Source: a virus (Duplodnaviria > Heunggongvirae > Uroviricota > Caudoviricetes). From it: a stretch of DNA of 31,452 bases. This document shows positions 8,242 to 15,644 of this stretch, one piece after another. The notes below the pieces were generated by a model that was not told the origin of the DNA, did not search any database, and saw nothing but the letters and a program-made list of their open reading frames with translations. The number at the start of each line of letters is the position of its first letter. Position 1 is the first letter of the stretch. The DNA lies in IMG/VR virus record IMGVR_UViG_2713896902_000003, positions 1 to 31,452 of that record. One strand, given 5' to 3'. The position numbers were made by a program, and so were the translations under genes.

Positions 8242-8736
8242 ATGAGCGCTTTTACCAAAGAGCAACTAATCGAGTACGCAAGGGCTTACATTGAGCATGA
8301 TACATTGTTGAAAACGAGGTTTGGTAAAAGTTACAAGACGTCTGCATATATAGAATTGGTTCGTATTGCGTTGATTTCGCTTGAAACAGGGACGCCTTAT
8401 ATGAATCAATTTACCAGAAAAACATTTACGCTGGATGCGCAACCAGATGCTGATAGAGAGTCTGATGCACATGAACCTTCTTATGCATTTCAATTGCCAT
8501 CAGTAGCTCCGGAGATGGCTGAAGATGCTATTAAATGTATTCGCAGCATCGCTCCCCACCTTAATGAAGGTACTCCCTCTTCGACATCTGACAGGCAGGT
8601 CCACGAGCTAGCTATATGGGTTAAGCGTCTAGCCTATTCCTTAAAAGGTGTCAATAAATCAAGCAAGTTACCAGATAAGGCGATGGACTATCTGGAGGTT
8701 AACGGGATGATAAATAAGGAGAATATCTTGCGGTGA
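8242..8736 (+). CDS. Hypothetical protein, 164 aa (moron cargo, function unknown)
   Basis: Clean ORF in a visibly AT-rich segment between the replication and DUF968 genes; own promoter-like -10; no recognizable motif. Confidence 0.6.
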   Translation: MSAFTKEQLIEYARAYIEHDTLLKTRFGKSYKTSAYIELVRIALISLETGTPYMNQFTRKTFTLDAQPDADRESDAHEPSYAFQLPSVAPEMAEDAIKCIRSIAPHLNEGTPSSTSDRQVHELAIWVKRLAYSLKGVNKSSKLPDKAMDYLEVNGMINKENILR

Positions 8737-9315
8737 GTAAAATTTATGCAATTGAGTAATCGTGTTTTTCTGAGTACTCATGTCGGGGTTTACTGTCAAG
8801 AATAAAAACAATTTGCAGGCAAAAGAAACTTGAGTAAAATTGATACAGGATGCCTGAGGTTGTCAGCCCGGGCATAAACGTCAAGAGGCAGACAGAGAAA
8901 AACTTCGTTGTATTTGCGACCAGTCAATCGAAGTTTGCTCATGCCAGACATATTTACTCTGAGCTCCTTCCATACTGAACGGCAGGGAAAGTGCAGATTA
9001 TGAAGTGTAAACAGTGTTAATACTCTGAGTGTCATTTGTATCGCGGTCACTGTGACAGAATCAGGGAAATCTCTGTCAAGCACGAACCAGAATCGGTCCG
9101 TCGGGAATTGCTTCATGGTTTGCGAATCTGAGTGAGGAGTAAGAAAAGTCGGTGGGGGTATGCTTCTCCACCTCTTTTTTTCTGGTGCATCTGGCATCCT
9201 CTGGGCATCCACACTTAATTTTCTTAAGTAGATTTTGTATTTTCTACGCATTTTGGTTTACAATTTGCGCGCCAACCTGAACAATTGGTACCTGCTGCGT
9301 CAATAGAGAAAATAA

Positions 9316-9594
9316 ATGACGCACAATACTAAACCTCGCAATTCTGATAATATCGCCGTCTTTGCCAACAGGCACGGGCGGCATTCACATGCATTCAAAT
9401 CTGACTGGTTCCAGCATGACCCATGCACTGAGGAACAGGCCGAATGGCTGATTCAGAATTACCGCAGACGTGGGTACGAGTTTCAGAAAGACCTCAGTCT
9501 TGATTTCCGACACTGGATAATTTCCGTCAGGCTTCCTTATTCCGAACGCCCACCGCGTCCGTCCCGCACATTCCAGCAACGGATCTGGAGGTAA
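9316..9594 (+). CDS. Hypothetical protein, 92 aa
   Basis: ORF from track; stop TAA is 1 nt before the GTG start of the downstream DUF968-like gene, which has its RBS GGAGG inside this ORF (translational coupling). Confidence 0.5.
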   Translation: MTHNTKPRNSDNIAVFANRHGRHSHAFKSDWFQHDPCTEEQAEWLIQNYRRRGYEFQKDLSLDFRHWIISVRLPYSERPPRPSRTFQQRIWR

Positions 9595-9595
9595 C

Positions 9596-10654
9596 GTGCG
9601 GGTATTACTTAGACCTGTTCTGGTACCGGAACTTGGGCTGGTGGTCCTTAAGCCAGGCCGTGAATCCATGCAGGTATTTCATAATGCCCGGGTGCTGGTG
9701 GAGCCGGAACCGAAAAGCATGCGCGGCCTGCCGTCCGGAGTCGTCCCCGCTGTTCGTCAGCCGCTGGTGGAAGATAAATCATTATTGCCATTTTTCAGCG
9801 ATGAGCGGGTTATTCGTGCTGCTGGTGGCGCTGGCGCATTGTCTGACTGGCTCCTGCGTCATGTTAAATCCTGCCAGTGGCCTCATGGTGATTACCATCA
9901 CAGCGAAACCGTCATACATCGTTATGGTACCGGCGCCATGGTGTTGTGCTGGCACTGCGACAACCAGCTGCGTGACCAGACCTCCGAATCACTTGAGCAA
10001 CTTGCTCGTCAAAATCTGGCAGCCTGGATGATTGACGTCATCCGCCACGCAATAAGCGGTACACAGGAACGGGAATTATCGCTGGCTGAATTATCCTGGT
10101 GGGCAGTCCGCAATCAGGTGGCGGACGCACTACCTGAGGCGGTATCGCGTCGTTCGCTGGGATTACCGGTGGAAAAAATCCGTTCAGTATACCGCGAAAG
10201 CGACATCATACCGGGAGAGCAGACAGCCACCAGCATACTGAAGCTGCGCACAAAAAATCTTGCGCGGTTGCCTCACGCCCACCAGCAACAAAAACCACCA
10301 CAGGAAAAGACGGTAGTAAGCATCGCCGTTGATCCGGAGTCTCCGGCTCAGTATCTCCAGCGCCAGAAACCACAACGGGAAGAGATGCCCGTATACACGC
10401 GCTGGGTAAAAACACAGAAATGCATGACGTGTGGCAATCAGGCAGATGATCCGCATCACATCATTGGTCATGGACTGGGAGGGATGGGAACAAAGGCTGA
10501 CGATTTGTTTGTTATTCCGCTGTGCCGTAGATGCCATAACGAACTGCACGCCGGGGTAAAAGATTTTGAAGAAAAACACGGCAGCCAGCTGTTGTTGCTG
10601 ATTCGTTTTTTAATGCACGCGAGAAATTCGGGTGTTCTGAAGTGGAAAGCATGA
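9596..10654 (+). CDS. DUF968-like prophage protein with C-terminal HNH-like zinc-binding nuclease motif, 352 aa
   Basis: Size and position (between replication and rusA/Q) match the DUF968/YdfU-type proteins of lambdoid prophages; C-terminus has CMTCGNQADDPHHIIGHGLGG...CRRCHNELH, i.e. paired Cys motifs with conserved His typical of the HNH fold. Confidence 0.65.
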   Translation: MRVLLRPVLVPELGLVVLKPGRESMQVFHNARVLVEPEPKSMRGLPSGVVPAVRQPLVEDKSLLPFFSDERVIRAAGGAGALSDWLLRHVKSCQWPHGDYHHSETVIHRYGTGAMVLCWHCDNQLRDQTSESLEQLARQNLAAWMIDVIRHAISGTQERELSLAELSWWAVRNQVADALPEAVSRRSLGLPVEKIRSVYRESDIIPGEQTATSILKLRTKNLARLPHAHQQQKPPQEKTVVSIAVDPESPAQYLQRQKPQREEMPVYTRWVKTQKCMTCGNQADDPHHIIGHGLGGMGTKADDLFVIPLCRRCHNELHAGVKDFEEKHGSQLLLLIRFLMHARNSGVLKWKA

Positions 10655-11032
10655 ATGACTGAACGCATAGAATTTGTTTTGCCTTATCCGCCTACGGTGA
10701 ACACCTACTGGCGCCGCCGTGGTGGCACATATTTTGTATCAAAATCCGGAGAACGTTATCGCCGTGATGTGGCGCTGATTGTTCGTCAGCAACGGCTGAA
10801 ATTAAACCTGTCCGGAAGGCTGGCAATCAGGATTATTGCAGAGCCACCGGATAAGCGCCGCCGCGACCTGGACAATATCCTGAAGGCACCACTGGATGCA
10901 CTGACACATGCAGGACTGCTTATCGACGATGAGCAGTTTGACGAAATCAATATAGTGCGCGGTCAGCTCGTTCCTGGTGGTCGGCTGGGTGTGAAGATTT
11001 ACGAAATTACAGGTGATAACGATGGCGCGTGA
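10655..11032 (+). CDS. rusA: Crossover junction endodeoxyribonuclease RusA (Holliday junction resolvase), 125 aa
   Basis: Matches RusA by recall: N-terminal [16 protein letters not shown] and the catalytic-region motif [27 protein letters not shown]; usual position just upstream of Q. Confidence 0.9.
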   Translation: MTERIEFVLPYPPTVNTYWRRRGGTYFVSKSGERYRRDVALIVRQQRLKLNLSGRLAIRIIAEPPDKRRRDLDNILKAPLDALTHAGLLIDDEQFDEINIVRGQLVPGGRLGVKIYEITGDNDGA

Positions 11033-11408
11033 TATTCAGCAGGTTATGGAGCGGTGGGGGGCATGGGCTGCAAACAATCATGAAGATGTGTCCTGGGCAT
11101 CAATCGCTGCTGGTTTTAAAGGATTAATTCCGTCGAAAGTGAAATCACGCCCTCAGTGTTCTGATGATGATGCAATGATAATTTGTGGCTGTATGGCCCG
11201 GTTGAACAAGAAAAATCAGGATTTGCACGATTTGTTGGTGGATTATTACATAGGTGGAATGACTTTTATGGGGCTGGCACGAAAGCATGGGTGTTCGGAT
11301 ACCTGTATTGGCAAGCGCCTGCAGAAAGCTGAAGGGGTTATTGATGGCATGTTGATGATGCTTGATATCCGACTGGAGATGGACAGATACGTAGAACGAA
11401 TCATGTAG
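11022..11408 (+). CDS. Late-gene antitermination protein Q-like, about 128 aa
   Basis: Track ORF 11013..11408; ATG at 11022 preferred. Located immediately upstream of a promoter plus intrinsic terminator (PR'/tR' arrangement) and downstream of rusA; Cys/His-containing middle region ([12 protein letters not shown]...HGCSDTC). Confidence 0.7.
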   Translation: MARDIQQVMERWGAWAANNHEDVSWASIAAGFKGLIPSKVKSRPQCSDDDAMIICGCMARLNKKNQDLHDLLVDYYIGGMTFMGLARKHGCSDTCIGKRLQKAEGVIDGMLMMLDIRLEMDRYVERIM

Positions 11409-11412
11409 GAGC

Positions 11413-11442
11413 TTGACCAGACACATTGTCCGGGGCTATATT
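11413..11442 (+). promoter_or_regulatory. Candidate late promoter PR' (TTGACC 11413-11418; TATATT 11437-11442)
   Basis: Near-consensus -35 and -10 hexamers with an 18-nt spacer, 5 nt after the Q stop codon and about 60 nt upstream of an intrinsic terminator. Confidence 0.5.
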
Positions 11443-11504
11443 CCTCACGCGCCAGCAAAATCTGGCGTCGGGATTAGGAACCCCGGATAGAGACCGCGAC
11501 AGAC

Positions 11505-11526
11505 ACACGCCGCGAGCGTGTTTTTT
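11505..11526 (+). terminator. Intrinsic terminator tR' candidate (ACACGC-CGCGA-GCGTGT plus T6)
   Basis: 6-bp GC-rich stem, 5-nt loop, followed by TTTTTTATT; read directly. Confidence 0.6.
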
Positions 11527-11689
11527 ATTGTCGTATGCACGCGCACATCTGAATTATGGTGGGGCGTATGGGGGAGCTGAAAAGCTCGCCGGTTGGTTTC
11601 CCGGTAGTTCCTAACCCTGTACGTCTCACCACCCGATGATTAGGAACCTGACGGTGGTGATGGTTTAGAAACCACCAGAGGGCGTCATT

Positions 11690-12277
11690 ATGACAACTCA
11701 AATTTCTGTTGAAACTCTCTCCCCGATCACCCATAACCAGATTCCTGTTATTACCACCGAACTTTTGGCGCAGTTGTACGGTGCTGAAGTTAAGAACATT
11801 CAAAATAACTACGCCAGAAATGCTGAGCGCTTTATTGAAGGAAAGCATTTTTTCAAAGTGGCTGGCGATGCCCTGAAAAATTTGCGGGTAGCTTTAAACT
11901 ACTCACAAAATTTGCAACCATCTTTAAGAGGGTTACAAATTTCCCCGAAAGCCCGCTCGCTCATACTCTGGACAGAACGCGGCGCAGCCCGCCACGCAAA
12001 AATGCTCGAAACCGATCAGGCGTGGGAAGTATTCGAAAAACTGGAAGACTGTTATTTCAGCCAGAAACAGCCACTAGCAACACAAAACTCACCCACCGAA
12101 AATGATGGATGCGCATTACTGATCCACTTCGATAAACACGGTCAGGTCGACTTTACGGAAAAAGTACCCGCCGATGCGATGGTATGCACTCTGGAACGGT
12201 TCAAATTTTATCTGGAACAACGCGGCTGGATCGTTGCCCGTAAAGAGCAACTGGTGGAACGATTGATGAGGCTTTAA
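11690..12277 (+). CDS. ORF6N-like (phage antirepressor N-terminal DNA-binding domain) protein, 195 aa
   Basis: First ORF downstream of PR'/tR'; RBS AGAGGG; N-terminal region (IPVITTELLAQLYGAEVKNIQNNYARNAERFIEGKHFF...ILWTERGAARHAKML) resembles ORF6N/Bro-N type domains as recalled. Confidence 0.5.
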   Translation: MTTQISVETLSPITHNQIPVITTELLAQLYGAEVKNIQNNYARNAERFIEGKHFFKVAGDALKNLRVALNYSQNLQPSLRGLQISPKARSLILWTERGAARHAKMLETDQAWEVFEKLEDCYFSQKQPLATQNSPTENDGCALLIHFDKHGQVDFTEKVPADAMVCTLERFKFYLEQRGWIVARKEQLVERLMRL

Positions 12278-12355
12278 AAATTTTCCCCGAACGCTTTACG
12301 ATCGTAAAAAGTTGAATATCCTGTTAAGAGTGGTTACTACGCCACACAGCTTAAA

Positions 12356-12377
12356 CCCGCCGATGAGCGGGTTTTTT
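12356..12377 (+). terminator. Intrinsic terminator after the ORF6N-like gene (CCCGC-CGATGA-GCGGG plus T6)
   Basis: Read directly, about 80 nt after the stop codon. Confidence 0.6.
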
Positions 12378-12683
12378 ATGCCCGAAAAGTGGCACAGGAC
12401 GTTAAACGCGCTGGTGGTTGCGAATACTGGTCTTCAGCTTGCTGGCTTTTTTGGCCAGGAGTTATTGGTGTTACATGTCTGACAGTTGTCTGTAACTGGT
12501 TCCGGGATTTTTACACCTGTACAGCGGAAGGGACATGAACCTTTGTTGCTGGCAGGGTTAAGCTAACCAAATCTGAAAGTGGTGTGACTGTCATTGCCGG
12601 AGAGAGATTCATGAGTCTACGCTAATCAATGCGGAGTAATTTTTCTTCGTAACGAGTATCCGACTGTTGTTTTGTCTTTATTG

Positions 12684-12708
12684 CCAGCCCATAAGGGTTG
12701 GTTTTTTT
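12684..12708 (+). terminator. Intrinsic terminator candidate (CCAGCCC-ATAA-GGGTTGG plus T7)
   Basis: 7-bp stem with one G-U pair, then TTTTTTT; read directly. Confidence 0.45.
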
Positions 12709-13084
12709 ACAGAAAATTGCCTGTAAGACAGGTGGTTCAGTAATAGCTTGGATATTGGGATATATAAAAATTGTTATATGTATCCGGGATGTTGTGCGTG
12801 CATGTGGAATACAACCGTTACTGCCTTGTTATTATTTTGAAAACTGGTCGCTGTGTATTCTTGTTCTTTCCGGATAATGTGATGTAGATCTATTACATTA
12901 CCAGGCAGCGTATTTTAACCTTTCAGAGATTCTGAGGTGTTCCCCAGTGCGGGGGTGACGGATGTGGTTGTTTAGCGGGAAGTCACAGTATGCTGTTTTG
13001 GGACTGACAGCAATATACTTCGGGAGGCACCCGACGCTTCGGATCATATCAATAATAATTATATCTTCTTTTGACCATCCTTTT

Positions 13085-13108
13085 ACCGCCTGACAAGGCG
13101 GTTTTTTG
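13085..13108 (+). terminator. Intrinsic terminator candidate (ACCGCC-TGACAA-GGCGGT plus T6), nested in a longer inverted repeat CGCCTGACAA/TTGTCAGGCG (13087-13134)
   Basis: Read directly; the outer 10-bp repeat is also followed by TTTTT (13135-13139). Confidence 0.5.
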
Positions 13109-13226
13109 TTTCTGTAAACAGCATTTGTCAGGCGTTTTTCGATATATCAAAGTATCGCTATGTAGTTTAAATGCAGAGCTGAAGAGTATTGCTGGTGCTG
13201 GCATCAAGATGAGGAAAGTTTTAGTG

Positions 13227-13253
13227 AAAAAAAACGGCTCATAAAGAGCCGTT
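13227..13253 (-). terminator. Reverse-strand intrinsic terminator module 1a (stem AACGGCTC/GAGCCGTT, U-tract from plus-strand A8)
   Basis: Plus strand reads A8-hairpin-TTAAAAA; on the minus strand the hairpin is followed by T8. Confidence 0.5.
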
Positions 13254-13377
13254 AAAAATGTGATAGTTATGCATCTATAGAGTAATTCAGTATTTTCCTG
13301 TTTTTATTGTGCAATTCCTTGATGTGGATCATGTTTGTTGTAATGACCTCAAGAGTTGAACAAACTTTATTTAGTCT

Positions 13378-13404
13378 AAAAAAAATACCCTCCAGCGGAG
13401 GGTA
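13378..13404 (-). terminator. Reverse-strand intrinsic terminator module 2a (stem TACCCTCC/GGAGGGTA, loop AGC)
   Basis: 8-bp GC-rich stem with A8 immediately 5' on the plus strand, i.e. T8 3' of the hairpin on the minus strand. Confidence 0.55.
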
Positions 13405-13526
13405 TAAAATGTGTTAACTAAGCATTCATTATGTTGTAAGTGTCATATGTGATTTTCATTTTATGAGTTTTGACGTGACTTTTTGTGATGTGATTCTTAT
13501 TTTTGAATAATAAAGTTACGTAAAGA

Positions 13527-13557
13527 AATAAAAAAGCGACCCATTTGAAGAGTCGCT
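13527..13557 (-). terminator. Reverse-strand intrinsic terminator module 3a (stem AGCGAC/GTCGCT)
   Basis: Hairpin preceded on the plus strand by AATAAAAAA (U-tract on minus strand). Confidence 0.45.
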
Positions 13558-13671
13558 TGTGAATAAAGGCGGTATGTGAGTAGTAACGTACGGAGTGAAT
13601 TTTACTGCACCAGATGTGTGGTAGATATTGATTCTGGTCAATTCATCTGTAATGAGTGGTTGTTTAACGGC

Positions 13672-13698
13672 AAAAAAATAGCTCCCCGGAAGAGGAGC
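13672..13698 (-). terminator. Reverse-strand intrinsic terminator module 4a (stem GCTCC/GGAGC)
   Basis: Hairpin preceded on the plus strand by AAAAAAATA. Confidence 0.4.
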
Positions 13699-14189
13699 CC
13701 GTGAAAATTCATGGTGAGAAGAACAAGTCTTTACAAAAGACTCCGACAGACAAAGAACCATAAATATGATATGGGGGGGATAGTGGTTCTGTGGTGATTT
13801 ATATCAAAATTTTGATGTTTTCTTGAATGCTTGATGGCTAATTATAATAGTACATATTAAATGTTTATTATTATTTTCATATTGGAATAAGTAGCATCCT
13901 TGATATATCGCCCTGTAACTAGGCGAATGCCGGAAGCAGAACCGGCTCACCAAATACATACGGGCGTCATCACCACCAGCTAACAGCACAACCATAAATG
14001 AAAGTCATAGTTATTGGGGGATCCAGACCTTTCGGTTAACTGGTTTTTCTACAGAAAATTACCAGTCTGGCTGGTGGTTCCGGGAACCGCATCAATTATG
14101 GGGTTTGAATGTAGCGGAAAGTATATTATTGATGTTGCCGGGACTGACAGCAAGGTGAATGAAAAATGGACGTTGGAAAGCTTCTGTGC

Positions 14190-14217
14190 AAAAAAACGGC
14201 ACTGAGAAAGTGCCGTT
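14190..14217 (-). terminator. Reverse-strand intrinsic terminator module 1b (stem AACGGCACT/AGTGCCGTT)
   Basis: Counterpart of 1a with compensatory stem changes; A7 on the plus-strand 5' side. Confidence 0.5.
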
Positions 14218-14338
14218 AAAAAGTAACATGTATGATATATAAGGTCTTGTTAGTATTTTCTGTATTGCGATTCGTTTTCTTTGATTTCAGTCAACATTGA
14301 TGCGCAGTAATTAGTAATGGATTGAAATTTATGCAGAC

Positions 14339-14365
14339 AAAAAAAGTACCCTCCTGACGAGGGTA
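14339..14365 (-). terminator. Reverse-strand intrinsic terminator module 2b (stem GTACCCTC/GAGGGTAC, loop CTGAC)
   Basis: Counterpart of 2a; stem register shifted and loop changed but pairing kept. Confidence 0.55.
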
Positions 14366-14507
14366 CAGGTACGAAAACATGTGAAGAAGTATTTATTGCT
14401 AGTGTTATGTAGAGCTCTGAATCCTACGCGTTCTGATCTTACAAATTTCATATTTTTTTTATGTGATGCAGTTCCTGTTTTTATTTTTTTGTCGGTGATG
14501 GTCTGAT

Positions 14508-14534
14508 AAAAAGCGACCTTTTTACAGGTCGCTT
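14508..14534 (-). terminator. Reverse-strand intrinsic terminator module 3b (stem AAGCGACC/GGTCGCTT)
   Basis: Counterpart of 3a with compensatory change (gaccc...gagtc versus gacct...aggtc). Confidence 0.45.
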
Positions 14535-14647
14535 GTGAACGAAGGAAGTATATGAGTAGTAGTGTACGTACTCTATTTTACTGCTCCAGATGTGTGATGG
14601 ATGTTGATGCAGGTCAACTTTCTGTAATAAATAGTTTTTTAACAAAT

Positions 14648-14673
14648 AAAAAATGGCTCCCGAAAGAGGAGCC
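14648..14673 (-). terminator. Reverse-strand intrinsic terminator module 4b (stem GGCTCC/GGAGCC)
   Basis: Counterpart of 4a; A-rich tract on the plus-strand 5' side. Confidence 0.4.
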
Positions 14674-14942
14674 AATAATGGAAAAGCCTGGAATCTCATA
14701 TATGTAATTGTATACATCTGTATTTTATTTATCGTGTAATAGTTTGTAGTGATTTATATCAATGTTTTGATAGTATTTCTGAATGTCTGGATGCTAATTA
14801 TAATAATGCATATCGCAGGCTTATTATTATTTACGCATTAAAATAAATAGCATCCTTGATATATCATTCTGACTCTGTTGTCTGGTAGTGAGGAATTAAA
14901 ACGGGGAGGAATATACAGATATTCCTGCCTGATATTGTCAAT

Positions 14943-14964
14943 GGGCCGCTGGTGGCCCTTTTTT
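14943..14964 (+). terminator. Intrinsic terminator 18 nt upstream of the holin RBS (GGGCC-GCTGGT-GGCCC plus T6)
   Basis: Read directly: atgggccgctggtggcccttttttatttacaggagaaaaagtATG. Confidence 0.6.
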
Positions 14965-14982
14965 ATTTACAGGAGAAAAAGT

Positions 14983-15375
14983 ATGTCTGAACCCTTATCC
15001 GGTTCCGGCACGGCTGCGGCGCTGGGGGGAGCGACGGTCTTCGGGCTGTTTACCGGGACGGATTTCGGGATTGTGTTTGGTGCATTTGCGGGGGCATTGT
15101 TTGTGGCAACGGTGCCACAGGCACTTTCAGCCTGGCGTGTGGCGGCGCATTTTCTGGTGTCGTTTATCGTCGGCGTACTGGGAGCGCGCGTGCTGTCAGC
15201 ATGGGTTATATCAAAAACAGGGTATGACGCCACGTCTGTGGATGCGCTGTGTGCAGTACTGGTATCAGTGGTGTCGGTGAAGATTCTCTCGTTCATCCAC
15301 CAGCAGGATATTGCATCGCTGGTGTCCGGCCTGTTTTCCCGCCTGCGGGGCGGAGGAGGCGGTAATGTTAAATAA
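14983..15375 (+). CDS. Putative holin, 130 aa, multiple transmembrane segments
   Basis: Track ORF 14878..15375; ATG 14983 preferred (RBS AGGAG, 9-nt spacer). Gly/Ala-rich hydrophobic segments and charged C-terminus; first gene of the lysis cassette upstream of the endolysin. Confidence 0.6.
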   Translation: MSEPLSGSGTAAALGGATVFGLFTGTDFGIVFGAFAGALFVATVPQALSAWRVAAHFLVSFIVGVLGARVLSAWVISKTGYDATSVDALCAVLVSVVSVKILSFIHQQDIASLVSGLFSRLRGGGGGNVK

Positions 15376-15643
15376 CCTTCCCGGATTGCTGAATGTGGCG
15401 TTATGCACGGTTATCGTGCTGACGCTCTTTTTTTATCGTCGTCGTGATTCCAGACATAAACCGCTGATGTCATGGCTGGCCTGGCTGCTGATGCTGCTGT
15501 ATGCCTTTGCGCCACTCAGTTATCTGTGTGGCCGCCCGTTAGCAGCGAACTGGCTGGCAGTGGGGCTTAATCTGCTGTTCTGCGTGCTGGTGATACGTGC
15601 CCGCGGGAATGTTTCGAAAATCCTTGTATTACGAAGGCGCTGA
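15365..15643 (+). CDS. Second lysis-cassette membrane protein (holin or antiholin-like), about 92 aa
   Basis: Track ORF 15311..15643; ATG 15365 preferred (RBS GGAGG upstream, overlaps the holin stop); two hydrophobic helices and an Arg-rich C-terminus. Confidence 0.5.
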   Translation: MLNNLPGLLNVALCTVIVLTLFFYRRRDSRHKPLMSWLAWLLMLLYAFAPLSYLCGRPLAANWLAVGLNLLFCVLVIRARGNVSKILVLRRR

Positions 15644-15644
15644 T

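Larger units (their letters stand above)
13227..14196. repeat. Tandem repeat unit 1 (about 965 bp) of a diverged non-coding direct repeat
   Basis: Blocks at 13227-13260, 13378-13410, 13527-13700, 13800-13910 recur in the same order and spacing at 14190-14222, 14339-14370, 14508-14675, 14760-14866; a partial third copy of the unit tail (compare 14030-14160) lies at 12693-13010. Confidence 0.6.
14190..14900. repeat. Tandem repeat unit 2 (truncated copy)
   Basis: See unit 1; the most conserved block is the interval between hairpins 3 and 4 (gtcgcttgtgaa...tgagtagta...attttactgc.ccagatgtgtg...ctgtaat). Confidence 0.6.

Noticed and set aside
8796-9251. Reverse-strand ORF of 151 aa in the moron downstream region
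   Set aside because: No RBS, atypical composition (Arg/Leu/Ser-rich), and it lies antisense to an otherwise non-coding AT-rich stretch; treated as spurious.
9230-9290. Candidate promoter (TTTACA ... AACAAT) upstream of the 92-aa ORF
   Set aside because: The -10 match is poor; not reported as a feature.
11409-11689. Possible tRNA gene(s) between Q and the first late gene, as seen in some Stx-type phages
   Set aside because: No sequence here or in 12278-14982 shows cloverleaf features; the GC-rich hairpins are better explained as terminators and leader structure.
13516-13761. Reverse-strand ORF of 81 aa in repeat unit 1, and its positional counterpart 14481..14717 (78 aa) in unit 2
   Set aside because: Both span the hairpin/terminator modules, have no RBS, and their translations are unrelated despite the DNA being homologous (different frames), so the conserved feature is the DNA/RNA, not a protein.
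13804-14205. ORFs 13804..13995 (minus) and 14014..14205 (plus) inside the non-coding repeat region
   Set aside because: No RBS, odd composition, and not conserved as reading frames between repeat copies.
12278-14982. Possible CRISPR array, given the repeated hairpin-containing sequence
   Set aside because: Repeat units are about 965 bp and diverged, the short hairpins differ in sequence, and there is no regular 25-50 bp repeat/spacer periodicity.
14878-14982. N-terminal 35-codon extension of the holin ORF given by the track
   Set aside because: The extension overlaps a strong intrinsic terminator and has no RBS, whereas ATG 14983 has AGGAG at ideal spacing.
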